Below, in pieces: positions 33,116-42,898 of a stretch of 60,313 bases of DNA. Both the position numbers and the translations under genes were made by a program. The notes under the pieces were generated by a model. The model had not been told where the DNA came from and did no database searches. It saw nothing but the letters and a program-made list of their open reading frames with translations. This stretch comes from an uncultured Ectothiorhodospiraceae bacterium (GTDB lineage Bacteria; Pseudomonadota; Gammaproteobacteria; S012-40): positions 3,139 to 63,451 of the forward strand of contig CALZHW010000004.1 in NCBI GenBank assembly GCA_945787125.1, written 5' to 3'. How positions within the stretch are numbered: position 1 is the first letter of the stretch; each line of letters opens with the position of its first letter.

Positions 33116-34363
33116 GGGCTCATAGTCCATTGTTGCGTATTGGCTGATACGATTGCGGCCTTTGTCTTTCGATCGATATAATGCTTCGTCTGCTGCTTTG
33201 ATTACCTTGCCAATGGTCAGCAGTTCTTTATTGCTATTTGCCACACCAATGCTGATAGTAACATGTACCTGCTGCCAAGGAACTTTACGCGGCTGGGCTA
33301 CTTCCGGTTTTTTCTCCGGGCGGTTGTCACTGCGTAATATTAAATTGGTGTTATCGATCGTTTCTCTAAGGTTAGATAAAAAAGGGAAGGCCGCTTTGCT
33401 GTCTTTGCCTGCAAATATAATCGCAAACTCTTCGCCACCATAACGAAATGCTTTTCCGCCCCCTTCAATTTGATTTATTTTACCGGCTACCATGCGCAAC
33501 ACCTGATCGCCTACATCGTGTCCATAGGTGTCATTAAATCGTTTGAAGAAATCAATATCCAGCATGGCTATGGTGTAAAGTCCGCGCAAGCGTGCTAATT
33601 CCTCATTCATCGCGCGCCTGCCAGGAAGTTCCGTCAATTCATCGAAATATGCGATGAGATATGAGTTTTGCATTAAGCCCCATAATAAAAGTAGACCGGC
33701 AAGAATGATATAGAATGCGTCGGTGGGCTTTATCAGCCCAGTATTGAAATATAAAAAGCTACTAATCAAACAGCCGAGAAAAGCCATCTCAAATAGTCCT
33801 TTGGACTTGATGACCTGGCCACACAATGCAATAAACGAAATAAAATACGCAACAATCAGTGGAGCTGATAAGACGGTTGTAAAATATGTATCCAGTGCAC
33901 CCCATTTGAAAAACAAAAAAGCGCTCAATGTCTCGCTATAATTTTGTGTTAGCCAATAACTCAGCATGAATTGCACGATGATGGCTGTTAAAGCACCGAA
34001 GCCTTGCATAGAGAGTACCTGCTGCTCTTTCATAGCTGCCAGTACGGCAATGTTTAAGGGTAGAAGAAAAGCGATTAATGCAAATGTCAGCGTCTCTGAG
34101 GGTGGGATTTCATTGTTTGTGACAGCGCTGTGTAATATAAAATAACTCAGTAATAGGCCGAATGAGAGTATTGCGATGCGATAACGTTTAAAAAAACTAC
34201 CGAGTACTGCAATGCCAAAAAAAATTAAATAAGGGGCAAGTGCTATATTTTCAATGATTTTACTAGATAGATGTTCAGTATAAGGCATACCGAGGTAAAC
34301 CATAATAATTCCCAGTAGAGGGATAGTAAATGATTGTAGTTTATTGCCGCTTGTCGAACGCAC
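33086..34363 (-). CDS. diguanylate cyclase with N-terminal polytopic membrane sensor domain
   Basis: 425 aa with ~8 TM spans. The GGDEF domain shows LDIDFFKRFNDTYGHDVGD and RYGGEEFAIIF. Confidence 0.85.
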   Translation of the reverse strand: MRSTSGNKLQSFTIPLLGIIMVYLGMPYTEHLSSKIIENIALAPYLIFFGIAVLGSFFKRYRIAILSFGLLLSYFILHSAVTNNEIPPSETLTFALIAFLLPLNIAVLAAMKEQQVLSMQGFGALTAIIVQFMLSYWLTQNYSETLSAFLFFKWGALDTYFTTVLSAPLIVAYFISFIALCGQVIKSKGLFEMAFLGCLISSFLYFNTGLIKPTDAFYIILAGLLLLWGLMQNSYLIAYFDELTELPGRRAMNEELARLRGLYTIAMLDIDFFKRFNDTYGHDVGDQVLRMVAGKINQIEGGGKAFRYGGEEFAIIFAGKDSKAAFPFLSNLRETIDNTNLILRSDNRPEKKPEVAQPRKVPWQQVHVTISIGVANSNKELLTIGKVIKAADEALYRSKDKGRNRISQYATMDYEPSLPEGDKLA

Positions 34364-34393
34364 TGTTATACAGCCCTATATGTTTGTTAGCTT

Positions 34394-34575
34394 AAGTTTC
34401 GGTGTCCAAAGTTGCATAAATGCCGCCTTTCAGCACCCATAGCGGCAAAACCTTACCGAGAGACGCCGTGAATACAGCCTTGTAGGCTTAACGGCAGCAT
34501 CTCTGCCCAACACTCTCGATAAGGTTTTACCATTACGAGTGCTGATGATGGGCAATAGTTTGAAATCTGAAACTT
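34394..34575. mobile_element. MITE-like long imperfect palindrome, family 4
   Basis: The arms AAGTTTCGGTGTCCAAA...CAGCACCCATAGCGGCAAAACCTTACCGAGAG and CTCTCGATAAGGTTTTACCATTACGAGTGCTG...TTTGAAATCTGAAACTT are inverted complements with a few mismatches. Confidence 0.55.
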
Positions 34576-34820
34576 GAGTATTAATATTCCTTCGAACAGG
34601 CCTCTGGCTAGCATGATTTTCATTTAACTGTTACCTAAGTCTGTGCTTATATATCGTGAAAATAAGGGTGCTACTTTAGTAAAAAATCATCCTACTGGAT
34701 AATGAGTGAGTATTTGTACAGGAAATAACGATTTTATAAACCTAGGCTACTTCAGTTAAGCCTCTGATATTATTGAGCTATCGTGCCTTTCCCGGCTTCT
34801 CCCATTAGGTGAGTACGCTC

Positions 34821-34940
34821 GGCAACTGCTCCTGCATTGCTCTCAACAATTGCTCCTGCATTGTTCTACCTTCGTCCATCCATGGACTCGTCGATAACTG
34901 CTCCTGCGTTATTCTACCTTCACCCATCCATGGGCTCGTA
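34821..34940. repeat. about 48-bp tandem duplication (2 full units plus a partial unit)
   Basis: CAACTGCTCCTGCATTGCTCT / CAATTGCTCCTGCATTGTTCTACCTTCGTCCATCCATGGACTCGTCGAT / AACTGCTCCTGCGTTATTCTACCTTCACCCATCCATGGGCTCGTA. The module is shared with the interior of the element at 37512-37744. Confidence 0.7.
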
Positions 34941-35043
34941 CCTCCTGCCTTCATGCAGTCGTAGGACGCATAGAGCGCGTTTTTTATCGCGACTGGCGTC
35001 GTTGCGAATCATGATCCTAGTGTTATGGCCAACTTAACTGACC

Positions 35044-35076
35044 CACACTACAGGCTACTCAACAGCGGATTCTTGG
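35044..35076. mobile_element. right-end fragment of MITE family 1
   Basis: CACACTACAGGCTACTCAACAGCGGATTCTTGG matches the right terminus of 5546-5704 and 11415-11652. Confidence 0.65.
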
Positions 35077-35257
35077 ATGATAAAAGACGCGCTCTACACA
35101 CTCTTCAACTGATGGTTTTGGGATAATATTATTCAGTTCGAGAAACTAATCTGTCGGTTGATGTGAGATTGGAATGCTTCTTGTCTCTTAATCCTCAAGA
35201 GCAATTTTTCATTACCTATATGTCAATAAAATGGCAGTTTATCAAGAGGGCTGTACT

Positions 35258-35956
35258 ATGCGAACCACATTGGTGCTAAATGCAAAAGGGGGGAGCGGGA
35301 AAACGACAATTGCGACCAATTTGGCAGGTTACTTTGCAGCCGCTGGCCAATCTGTTGTTTTACAAGACTATGATGCGCAAGGCTCAGCCATGGATTGGTT
35401 AGCGCAGCGTACTTTTCAAATGAGCCAGATTCATGGTCAAGAGCATTATAAAGCGGGTTCTCAATACATGACGCGTGCATGGCAGTTTCGGTTACCTGCG
35501 CATACTGATCATGTCATTATTGATACACCAGCAGCAGTTGAATTGCAAAAACACGTTACGATGATCCGTAGCGCAGACAGAATTCTAGTGCCGGTCTCAC
35601 CTTCAGCCATTGAGATTCGCGCAACATTAACTTTCATTGCAGAATTGCAGGACTTTATAAAACTTTACAACTGTCAAGCGGCGTTAGCCGTGGTGGCAAA
35701 TAAAGTCGATCTGAAATCGCAAGCCTATATTTTAATGCAACAAAAATTTCGTGCAGTGAACGTTGAATTTATTGCTAACCTATCAATGCATGAAAGTTAC
35801 TACGTGGCAGCAGAAACAGGCGTCAGTATTTTTGAAATCAATCATCCGCTGCTTGCCAGAGACCAGCATGAATGGGAGCCTTTGGTAAGCTGGATTGAGG
35901 GGAAGCAGATCGAAACTGACCTGCCCGCCTCGAAATTATACGCAGTGGCTGATTAA
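35258..35956 (+). CDS. orphan ParA/MinD-family ATPase
   Basis: MRTTLVLNAKGGSGKTTIATNLA (deviant Walker A), IIDTPAA, VVANKVD. ATG at 35258 lies 8 nt after AGAGGG. No parB-like partner adjacent. Confidence 0.8.
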   Translation: MRTTLVLNAKGGSGKTTIATNLAGYFAAAGQSVVLQDYDAQGSAMDWLAQRTFQMSQIHGQEHYKAGSQYMTRAWQFRLPAHTDHVIIDTPAAVELQKHVTMIRSADRILVPVSPSAIEIRATLTFIAELQDFIKLYNCQAALAVVANKVDLKSQAYILMQQKFRAVNVEFIANLSMHESYYVAAETGVSIFEINHPLLARDQHEWEPLVSWIEGKQIETDLPASKLYAVAD

Positions 35957-37474
35957 TTATTTGAGAAACAAATCATAGGCAGGATTTTCCGTTTCTGCCC
36001 AATAGGGATATTCGAGTTCTACTAAAAATGACTCAAATTCAGCAAATTCCTCTGGTGGGACCTGGATGCCAGCTAGGATCCTGCCATAGGCAGCGCCATG
36101 ATTACGGTAATGAAACATGCTAATATTCCATTGGTGGCCTAACCGTGTTAAAAATCGGTATAAGGCACCCGGTCGTTCCGGAAAAATAAAACGATAAAGT
36201 AATTCGTTTTGAGCATTATTCGCGTGGCCCCCTACCATATAACGTATATGTGATTTGGCCAGTTCATTGTCGCTCATATCTAACACTTCATAACCATGAT
36301 TGCCAATGCGCTCAATGAGTTTTTGTTTTTCGCCGTCAGACTCATTGAGTTTAATTCCTGCAAAAACCTGGGCATTGTTTTGATCTGAATATCGGTAGTT
36401 AAACTCAGTGATGCTTCGTTGCCCAATTGAATGGCAAAACTTATGAAAGCTGCCCGGCTGTTCCGGTATGCTGACCGCTAATAAGCACTCTGAATTTTCC
36501 CCCAGTTCTGAGCGTTCAGAGACATAACGCAGGCGGTCAAAATTCATATTGGCGCCGCTGTTAATGGCGATGAGCGTCTGATTTTCAACTCCATTATCAG
36601 TAATATACTTTTTCAAACCTGCGATTGCTAACGCCCCTGCTGGCTCTGTGATCGAGCGAGTATCATCAAAAATGTCTTTAATGGCTGCGCAAATTTCATC
36701 AGTGTCGGCTAAAATAACCTGGTCGACAGTGTTTTTCAAAAGACGAAAAGGCTCTTCACCAACTTGCCTAACGGCGACGCCATCAGCAAATATTCCTACT
36801 TGGTCAAGAATGACACGTTCACCGGCTTTTAAAGCAGCATGTAAACAAGCCGCATCGACGGGTTCCACACCGATGATTTTCGTTTCTGGGCGCATTTGTT
36901 TTACAAACGTTGCAATACCTGCGCATAAACCACCGCCGCCGACCGGGACAAATATGGCGTCTATATGGTCTGGGTGCTGTTTAAGAATTTCCATCGCTAC
37001 GGTTGCTTGCCCAGCAATGACATAGGGATCATCATAGGGGTGAATGAATATCATGCCATTTTTCTTCGCCAGTCCAAGCGCGTGTTCATATGCATCGTCA
37101 TACGCACTGCCGTGTAATATGACCTCACTGCCATAATCCTTGACGGATTTAACTTTGATTTGTGGGGTAGTTTTTGGCATAACAATGATAGCTGGAATAC
37201 CAAAGCTACTAGCCGTTAAGGCAACGCCCTGTGCGTGGTTGCCCGCCGATGCCGCAATGACACCTTTGCTGCGTTCGGCCTCGGTGAGATGTGATATTTT
37301 GTTATACGCGCCGCGTAATTTAAAAGAAAAAACGGATTGTAGATCTTCCCGCTTCATTAGCACTCGATTGTTGAGTCGTTTACTCAATGCACGGGCTTTT
37401 TCTAATGGCGTTTCGATGGCCACGTCATAGACGCGCGCGGTAATAATTTTTTCGAGATAGGGAAAATCCGACAT
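35957..37474 (-). CDS. ilvA: biosynthetic threonine ammonia-lyase
   Basis: 505 aa. SVFSFKLRGAYNK PLP-lysine motif, GGGGL loop, and two C-terminal ACT-like regulatory repeats. Confidence 0.92.
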   Translation of the reverse strand: MSDFPYLEKIITARVYDVAIETPLEKARALSKRLNNRVLMKREDLQSVFSFKLRGAYNKISHLTEAERSKGVIAASAGNHAQGVALTASSFGIPAIIVMPKTTPQIKVKSVKDYGSEVILHGSAYDDAYEHALGLAKKNGMIFIHPYDDPYVIAGQATVAMEILKQHPDHIDAIFVPVGGGGLCAGIATFVKQMRPETKIIGVEPVDAACLHAALKAGERVILDQVGIFADGVAVRQVGEEPFRLLKNTVDQVILADTDEICAAIKDIFDDTRSITEPAGALAIAGLKKYITDNGVENQTLIAINSGANMNFDRLRYVSERSELGENSECLLAVSIPEQPGSFHKFCHSIGQRSITEFNYRYSDQNNAQVFAGIKLNESDGEKQKLIERIGNHGYEVLDMSDNELAKSHIRYMVGGHANNAQNELLYRFIFPERPGALYRFLTRLGHQWNISMFHYRNHGAAYGRILAGIQVPPEEFAEFESFLVELEYPYWAETENPAYDLFLK

Positions 37475-37511
37475 GGCTACTCTGCAAGGTTTAATATTTA
37501 CGAAAAATTAG

Positions 37512-37744
37512 CTTAGGAACGTGCATGAAACAAATTGGACATCTGGCGCTCATATTTAGGCTGTCTTGGCACGTTCTCGGCAACCTGCTCCTGCGTTGCT
37601 CTACCTCCTGCGTCTATGCAGTCGTGAAATCACAAAAGTGCAGGAATAGTCGTTCTATTTCGAGCTTTTGTGATTGAATAACGTGCCAAGACAGGTTGAA
37701 GATGAGATGCAAGATGGGTAATTTATTTCATGCACGTTCCTTAG
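37512..37744. mobile_element. MITE-like palindromic repeat, family 3
   Basis: Termini CTTAGGAACGTGCATGAAA ... TTTCATGCACGTTCCTTAG. Nested inverted repeats: CTGTCTTGGCACGTT/AACGTGCCAAGACAG and GAAATCACAAAAG/CTTTTGTGATT. A solo terminus-like sequence lies at 38814-38832. Confidence 0.7.
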
Positions 37745-37888
37745 TACTTTATATATTGCGCTAGGCGCGTAATAATGAGATAAAATAACATTATTTAGTC
37801 ACAAATATGGTGTTTTTTTCATAATTGACTAAATTACTTCGTAGCAGGCATGATTTTGAGTTTGGGTGGTTGAACATAGGAGTTAAAA

Positions 37889-38545
37889 ATGTCGCAGAAT
37901 GACATGAAGAAAGCGGCGGGTGAAGCTGCATTGGATTATATCAAAGCCGGTGATGTTGTTGGTGTTGGCACTGGTTCCACGGTAAATTTTTTTATTGATG
38001 CGCTTGCCACGATTAAGCATAAAATTGAAGGCGCTGTCTCCAGCTCGGAAGTGTCCACCGAGCGATTAAAGTCCTATGGCATCACGGTGTTTGATCTTAA
38101 CAGTGTGAGCGAGTTAAATGTCTATGTGGATGGTGCTGATGAAGTCACTAAACATTTGTCCATGATAAAGGGCGGGGGCGGCGCGCTCACGCGTGAGAAA
38201 ATTGTCGCGGCCGTTGCAAAAGAATTTATCTGCATAGTGGATGATACCAAGTTGGTTGATATTATGGGTCGATTTCCGCTGCCAGTTGAAGTGATTCCTA
38301 TGGCACGCAGTTATGTGGCGCGTGAAATAGTAAAGATAGGTGGGCAGCCAATTTATCGTGATGGATTTGTTACGGACAACGGTAATATTATTTTGGATGT
38401 GCACGGACTGCAAATTATTGACCCAGCAACACTGGAAACGGATTTAAACCAAATCGTTGGCGTGGTCACAAACGGTTTGTTTGCGCATCGAGGTGCAAAT
38501 GTTGTATTGATGGGTACATCTGACGGTGTTAAGGTAATAAAGTAG
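37889..38545 (+). CDS. rpiA: ribose-5-phosphate isomerase A
   Basis: 218 aa. [14 protein letters not shown] and [11 protein letters not shown] motifs. Confidence 0.93.
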   Translation: MSQNDMKKAAGEAALDYIKAGDVVGVGTGSTVNFFIDALATIKHKIEGAVSSSEVSTERLKSYGITVFDLNSVSELNVYVDGADEVTKHLSMIKGGGGALTREKIVAAVAKEFICIVDDTKLVDIMGRFPLPVEVIPMARSYVAREIVKIGGQPIYRDGFVTDNGNIILDVHGLQIIDPATLETDLNQIVGVVTNGLFAHRGANVVLMGTSDGVKVIK

Positions 38546-38551
38546 TACGCG

Positions 38552-38752
38552 GTGGCTAAAACGCTCATCATCATTGGCGTCATTTTTATTGTCATCGGAC
38601 TCTTATGGCCCTGGGTTCAAAAACTGAATCTGGGGCGTTTGCCTGGCGATATTTTTGTTCAGAAAGACAATGTGAGTTTTTATTTCCCCCTGGTCACATC
38701 TATTGTTGTTAGCTTGATTCTTACCTTGCTCTTCTGGTTTTTCCGCAAATAA
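38552..38752 (+). CDS. DUF2905-family small membrane protein
   Basis: 66 aa. IGLLWPW...LGRLPGDI...FYFPLVTSIVVSLILTLLFW is typical of DUF2905. Confidence 0.7.
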   Translation: MAKTLIIIGVIFIVIGLLWPWVQKLNLGRLPGDIFVQKDNVSFYFPLVTSIVVSLILTLLFWFFRK

Positions 38753-38864
38753 TGGCCTGCCTGTATACGCGTTGAATTTGAAGATGGCCGGTTTTCACAC
38801 CAACCAATTATGTTTAGGAACGTGCACGGAAATAGCCCCCCATTCCCGTCATAAGCATGTCGGT

Positions 38865-40325
38865 TTAGAACTTGACGATGACTTCTTTAGAAAATTCGGA
38901 CAGTAGGTCATCACTGCTCATTGCTTTCAGGGCAAAGAAATGCTCACCACTGGCGTCGACTTCGAAACTGAAAGATGAGACATTGCCAATCCAGGTCTCA
39001 TTGGTGTATTTTCCACTGCTATTTCCATGGTAGAGATAATAACCAATGACATTATCTGACTGGCTTGGCTCCCAGTTTGCTTCGACGGTAACTTTACAGT
39101 CTATTTTGCATTCATTGTCGATGCTGACTAAAACAGAGGCGACTGCTGATTCATTATCCCGGTCGGTGACTTTGTAAGTAAATGTGTCAGATGTCGCGGA
39201 ATTTTTGGACGGAGTGTAATTAATGGTTCCATCAAGGTTGATGCCTGCACTACCTTGGCTGGGTTGTGAGGCAATTTCAAGCATAAGTGTGCCGTCTGCT
39301 ATCTTGCCATCACCTAATCCGAGGTCATTTTGCAGAACCGGAATGATTTGCTTTATTCCTACTTCGGCCGTTGCATTGTCAGGTTTGGCAACAGGGGTAT
39401 CATTAATTGGCAATACATTAATGGAGACGATCGCTGAAGAGGTTAAGCCATTTTTATCGGTGATGCTAAGTTCTAGCGTATCTTTACCAAAATAGTCTTT
39501 GTTAGGCGTATAAACAACATTCAAAGCATTCGGGGCAGTGATTTTGATCGCGCCAAATCGTGGATTTCTTTTTACACCTAATGTAAGGGAGTCCAGGTCT
39601 GGATCAGTAGCGACCATCGAAAACACTTTTCTCACATCTTCTTGCGTTGAAAGATTAACCGGTTTAATAGTGGGTGCCCGATTAGTGTTCAGGACTTCAA
39701 TCGAAAAGGGCGCGAGCGAGGCGGTATTGCTACCATCTGATATTCGCAGGATTATATTGTTGTATTTGCCTGCGTCGTTATAAGCTGGGGTTCCGCTAAT
39801 TTTACCGGTTTGTGCATTAAGTGTGAGCCATCGTGGTAAATTGCTTGCACTGACTTTCACAGTTTTAAGGTCTTCATCTGTCAGCTTCGGGGTGAAGGTA
39901 TAGGGTTTGCCCTCCGCAATCATGGTCACTGGCGAGCCACTAATGGTGGGTGATTTATCGGTGGTTGCAGCTTCCACCACTTCGATGCTGAATAAAGGCA
40001 AAGAAACGCTGTTGGTACCATCAGAGACAGAGATTCTAATATTCTCGTGGCGCCCAACATCGGTATCGGCTGGAGTTCCCTGCAGATCGCCTTTTTTACC
40101 TTGAAAAACTAACCAGGCAGGTTTGTTCGCAATTGAAAAGCTCAAGCTAGCGCAATCAATGTCTTGCGCTGAAGGTTGAAACATATAATTTTTGCCAGCC
40201 TCAATGCGTGTATTTGGCTCCCCGCTAATGGAGGGCGGTATATTATTTGCTTGTGTTGTTGCGGGAACCAGAATCCAGCATACGAAGAATATAAGAATTG
40301 AATGTAATACGGCTGACTTTTTCAT
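38865..40325 (-). CDS. secreted multi-domain Ig/cadherin-like repeat protein with C-terminal FN3-like domain
   Basis: 486 aa with a signal peptide. Two ~95-aa repeats (P.ISG.P....EGK.Y.F.P...D......F.. .NLP.WL.......G.ISGTPA..D.G....I...SDG). Cadherin-like modules follow (NRAPT..., INDTPVA...). Confidence 0.7.
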   Translation of the reverse strand: MKKSAVLHSILIFFVCWILVPATTQANNIPPSISGEPNTRIEAGKNYMFQPSAQDIDCASLSFSIANKPAWLVFQGKKGDLQGTPADTDVGRHENIRISVSDGTNSVSLPLFSIEVVEAATTDKSPTISGSPVTMIAEGKPYTFTPKLTDEDLKTVKVSASNLPRWLTLNAQTGKISGTPAYNDAGKYNNIILRISDGSNTASLAPFSIEVLNTNRAPTIKPVNLSTQEDVRKVFSMVATDPDLDSLTLGVKRNPRFGAIKITAPNALNVVYTPNKDYFGKDTLELSITDKNGLTSSAIVSINVLPINDTPVAKPDNATAEVGIKQIIPVLQNDLGLGDGKIADGTLMLEIASQPSQGSAGINLDGTINYTPSKNSATSDTFTYKVTDRDNESAVASVLVSIDNECKIDCKVTVEANWEPSQSDNVIGYYLYHGNSSGKYTNETWIGNVSSFSFEVDASGEHFFALKAMSSDDLLSEFSKEVIVKF

Positions 40326-40632
40326 TATGTACCATCTGCTTGAGTTACTGATTTGTGTTTAGGCCTACTACAATCTGGTCGCCATAATAATATAGTGCAA
40401 TAAAAACAACGGTCTATCTCGTTATTATTGGTTTGAATGTGGTGATTAAGGCATTTATTGTCTTCTGCTGCTGGCTTTTAGTGACAAATGAGGTTTGTTT
40501 GCTTTTTAACGATAAAATTGGATCAAATCCAAATTGAGCAATCTTTGGGCTGCATCGAAATTAATGAAAAGTATAGCGGCTAACGGATCCAGCGATTGCC
40601 TTTGTCTCTGCAACTGAGAATCTAGGATATTG

Positions 40633-40648
40633 TGTGAATTAGTTCACA
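40633..40648. promoter_or_regulatory. perfect CRP-type palindrome TGTGA-N6-TCACA
   Basis: TGTGAATTAGTTCACA read directly. It lies in the divergent intergenic region, ~70 nt upstream of the small ORF at 40718. Confidence 0.4.
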
Positions 40649-40717
40649 GCTAGCAGGGCATGCTTGGGTTTATTCTTTAAGTAGTATTTACGTTAACGAA
40701 TGGCTAAGGAAGTCAGA

Positions 40718-40879
40718 ATGAGCAACACAACTTTTAATATTCTTTTAATTGCGACAATTTTGATGCTGGGATTGGCTTTATGCGTAATCCAAAGCACAGT
40801 CTTCGGCATTTTATTTATAGTCATCGCTTATTTTGTATTGCCTATGATTGTTGAATTAACGGAGCACAAAACCAACTGA
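40718..40879 (+). CDS. 53-aa two-TM membrane peptide, not in the ORF track
   Basis: AAGGAAG lies 7 nt upstream. Translation: MSNTTFNILLIATILMLGLALCVIQSTVFGILFIVIAYFVLPMIVELTEHKTN. Confidence 0.4.
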   Translation: MSNTTFNILLIATILMLGLALCVIQSTVFGILFIVIAYFVLPMIVELTEHKTN

Positions 40880-41059
40880 TACATGAGCTATAGCAAAGCA
40901 TTAATCGAGCGATGCCCGCACAGGAATACTGCAGCATTGCAGTCGCTGAACCCACAACCCAGAAACTTGAGACGTAAAACGGTTAGACTTAACTTGTTAT
41001 ACCCGACAAATTCTTAGGAGCCTATCCGAGAATGGAAGCCCTTGTGAAGGGCAACCGCT

Positions 41060-41863
41060 TTAGTCCAGCTTAAAGATCTTTTTTAACTCGGCGCCTGGGT
41101 CTTCCGCCCGCATAAACGCTTCACCGACTAAAAACGCATTAACCGCGTGGGATTGCATTAAACTTATATCGTCATTCTGATGAATTCCGCTTTCAGTGAC
41201 GACAATTCGATTCTCAGGAATCAGTTTCAATAAATCGATTGTGGTCTGAAGCGATATATCAAAAGTGCGTAAGTTGCGATTATTAATGCCTATCAGTTTA
41301 GTTTCTAGCGGCAGAGCCCGTACCAACTCTGCTTCATTATGCACTTCGATGAGCACATCCAGCCCTAATCGATACGCTAAATGGGTTAGTTCCGTGAGTT
41401 GTCTATCACTAAGCGCGGCGACGATTAACAGTATGCAGTCAGCTTCCATGACCTTGGCTTCGTAGACTTGATATGGGTCTACAATAAAATCTTTACGGAT
41501 TACCGGCAAGTCGCACGCAGCTCTAGCTTGTTTTAAATATTCATCGCTTCCCTGGAAAAAATGTATATCGGTTAATACGGATAAACAGGTTGCGCCGCCA
41601 GCGGCATAAGATTTAGCAATTTCGGCAGGTACGAAATTTTCTCTTAGTACTCCTTTACTGGGGGATGCCTTTTTAATTTCGGCAATGACGGCGGGTTTGT
41701 TGTGTTGGATTTTATTTGCGATGGCCCGCACAAAGCCGCGTGCAGCAGGTGTATTTTGTGCGCGGCTCTCCAGTGATTGCAGGCTAGTTTTATGCATCCG
41801 TTCAGCAATCTCTTCATGCTTACGTTGCAGAATTTTTTGTAGAATATCAGGTGTTTTGTTCAT
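41060..41863 (-). CDS. trpC: indole-3-glycerol-phosphate synthase
   Basis: 267 aa. [23 protein letters not shown] and INNRNL motifs. Confidence 0.93.
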   Translation of the reverse strand: MNKTPDILQKILQRKHEEIAERMHKTSLQSLESRAQNTPAARGFVRAIANKIQHNKPAVIAEIKKASPSKGVLRENFVPAEIAKSYAAGGATCLSVLTDIHFFQGSDEYLKQARAACDLPVIRKDFIVDPYQVYEAKVMEADCILLIVAALSDRQLTELTHLAYRLGLDVLIEVHNEAELVRALPLETKLIGINNRNLRTFDISLQTTIDLLKLIPENRIVVTESGIHQNDDISLMQSHAVNAFLVGEAFMRAEDPGAELKKIFKLD

Positions 41864-41869
41864 TATTTT

Positions 41870-42886
41870 TTACACTTGTTGAGAATACTGGATTAATTGA
41901 CTAAATTTAGCTTTAGCTAGTCCGTTTTCGATAACGGCTTGGGCTGTTTTAATGCCCGCATGCAGGGTGCTAGCTAGGCCTGCTACATAAATTGCCGCGC
42001 CAGCATTAAGTACAACAATATCTTTAGCGGAGCCTTGCTCGTTTTGCAATACGCGATTTATTACCGCGAGACTTTCATCGGCACTATTAACCGATAAGCT
42101 GGATATGTCAGCGCTTTTCAGGCCAAATTGTTCCGGTGAGATGGAATATAGTGTAATTTCGCCATTTTTCAATTCGGCCACTTGTGTGTTTGAGCCGATA
42201 CTGATTTCATCTAACCCGTCATCGGCGTGCACCACCATTACATGTTCGCTGCCAAGGTTTTGTAGCACCTTCGCTAGGGGTTCCAGCCAGCGTGAGTCGA
42301 ATACGCCTATCACCTGATTTGGTGCGGAGGCGGGATTTGTTAACGGCCCGAGCACATTAAAAATCGTGCGCACGGCCATTTCGCGACGTGGGCCAATCGC
42401 GTGTTTCATGGCGCCATGATGTTTAGGCGCAAACATGAAGCCAAGTCCGATACTTTCTACCGAATTCGCCACCTGAATAGCATTAAGATCCAGGTTGACA
42501 CCTGCTGCTTCTAATACATCAGCGCTACCGGATTTACTGGAGATCGAACGGTTGCCATGTTTTGCTACTTTTGCGCCTGCCGCTGCGGTGACGATCGCTG
42601 CACAGGTGGAAACATTAAAGGTGTTGGCACCGTCGCCACCCGTACCACAGGTATCGACGAGATGGGGTCCGGATACCTGGACTTTTTCTGCGAGATAGCG
42701 CATCACTTTGGCAGCGGCGGTAATTTCTTCAACGGTTTCACCTTTCATGCGTAGGCCGATGAGGAAGCCGCCGATTTGCGCGGGTGTTGCTTCGCCGGTC
42801 ATAATCAACTGCATGACATCGGTCATTTCATTTTCAGAAAGGTCTTTTTTCTCAGTAATTGCGCGAATGGCTTGTGGTAAATTCAT
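41870..42886 (-). CDS. trpD: anthranilate phosphoribosyltransferase
   Basis: 338 aa. [18 protein letters not shown] and [19 protein letters not shown] motifs. Confidence 0.93.
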   Translation of the reverse strand: MNLPQAIRAITEKKDLSENEMTDVMQLIMTGEATPAQIGGFLIGLRMKGETVEEITAAAKVMRYLAEKVQVSGPHLVDTCGTGGDGANTFNVSTCAAIVTAAAGAKVAKHGNRSISSKSGSADVLEAAGVNLDLNAIQVANSVESIGLGFMFAPKHHGAMKHAIGPRREMAVRTIFNVLGPLTNPASAPNQVIGVFDSRWLEPLAKVLQNLGSEHVMVVHADDGLDEISIGSNTQVAELKNGEITLYSISPEQFGLKSADISSLSVNSADESLAVINRVLQNEQGSAKDIVVLNAGAAIYVAGLASTLHAGIKTAQAVIENGLAKAKFSQLIQYSQQV

Positions 42887-42898
42887 GCGGGCTTTCCT

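Noticed and set aside
34800-35100. CRISPR-like array suggested by the recurring GCTCCTGC(A/G)TT motif.
   Set aside because: The repeats are long (~48 bp), directly adjacent with no unique spacers, degenerate, and shared with a MITE interior elsewhere. No cas genes are present in the window.
40600-40630. CTGCAACTGAGAATCTAGG resembling the MITE family 1 terminus.
   Set aside because: Only about 19 nt of partial similarity, with several mismatches and no matching second end. This is too weak to call a solo terminus.
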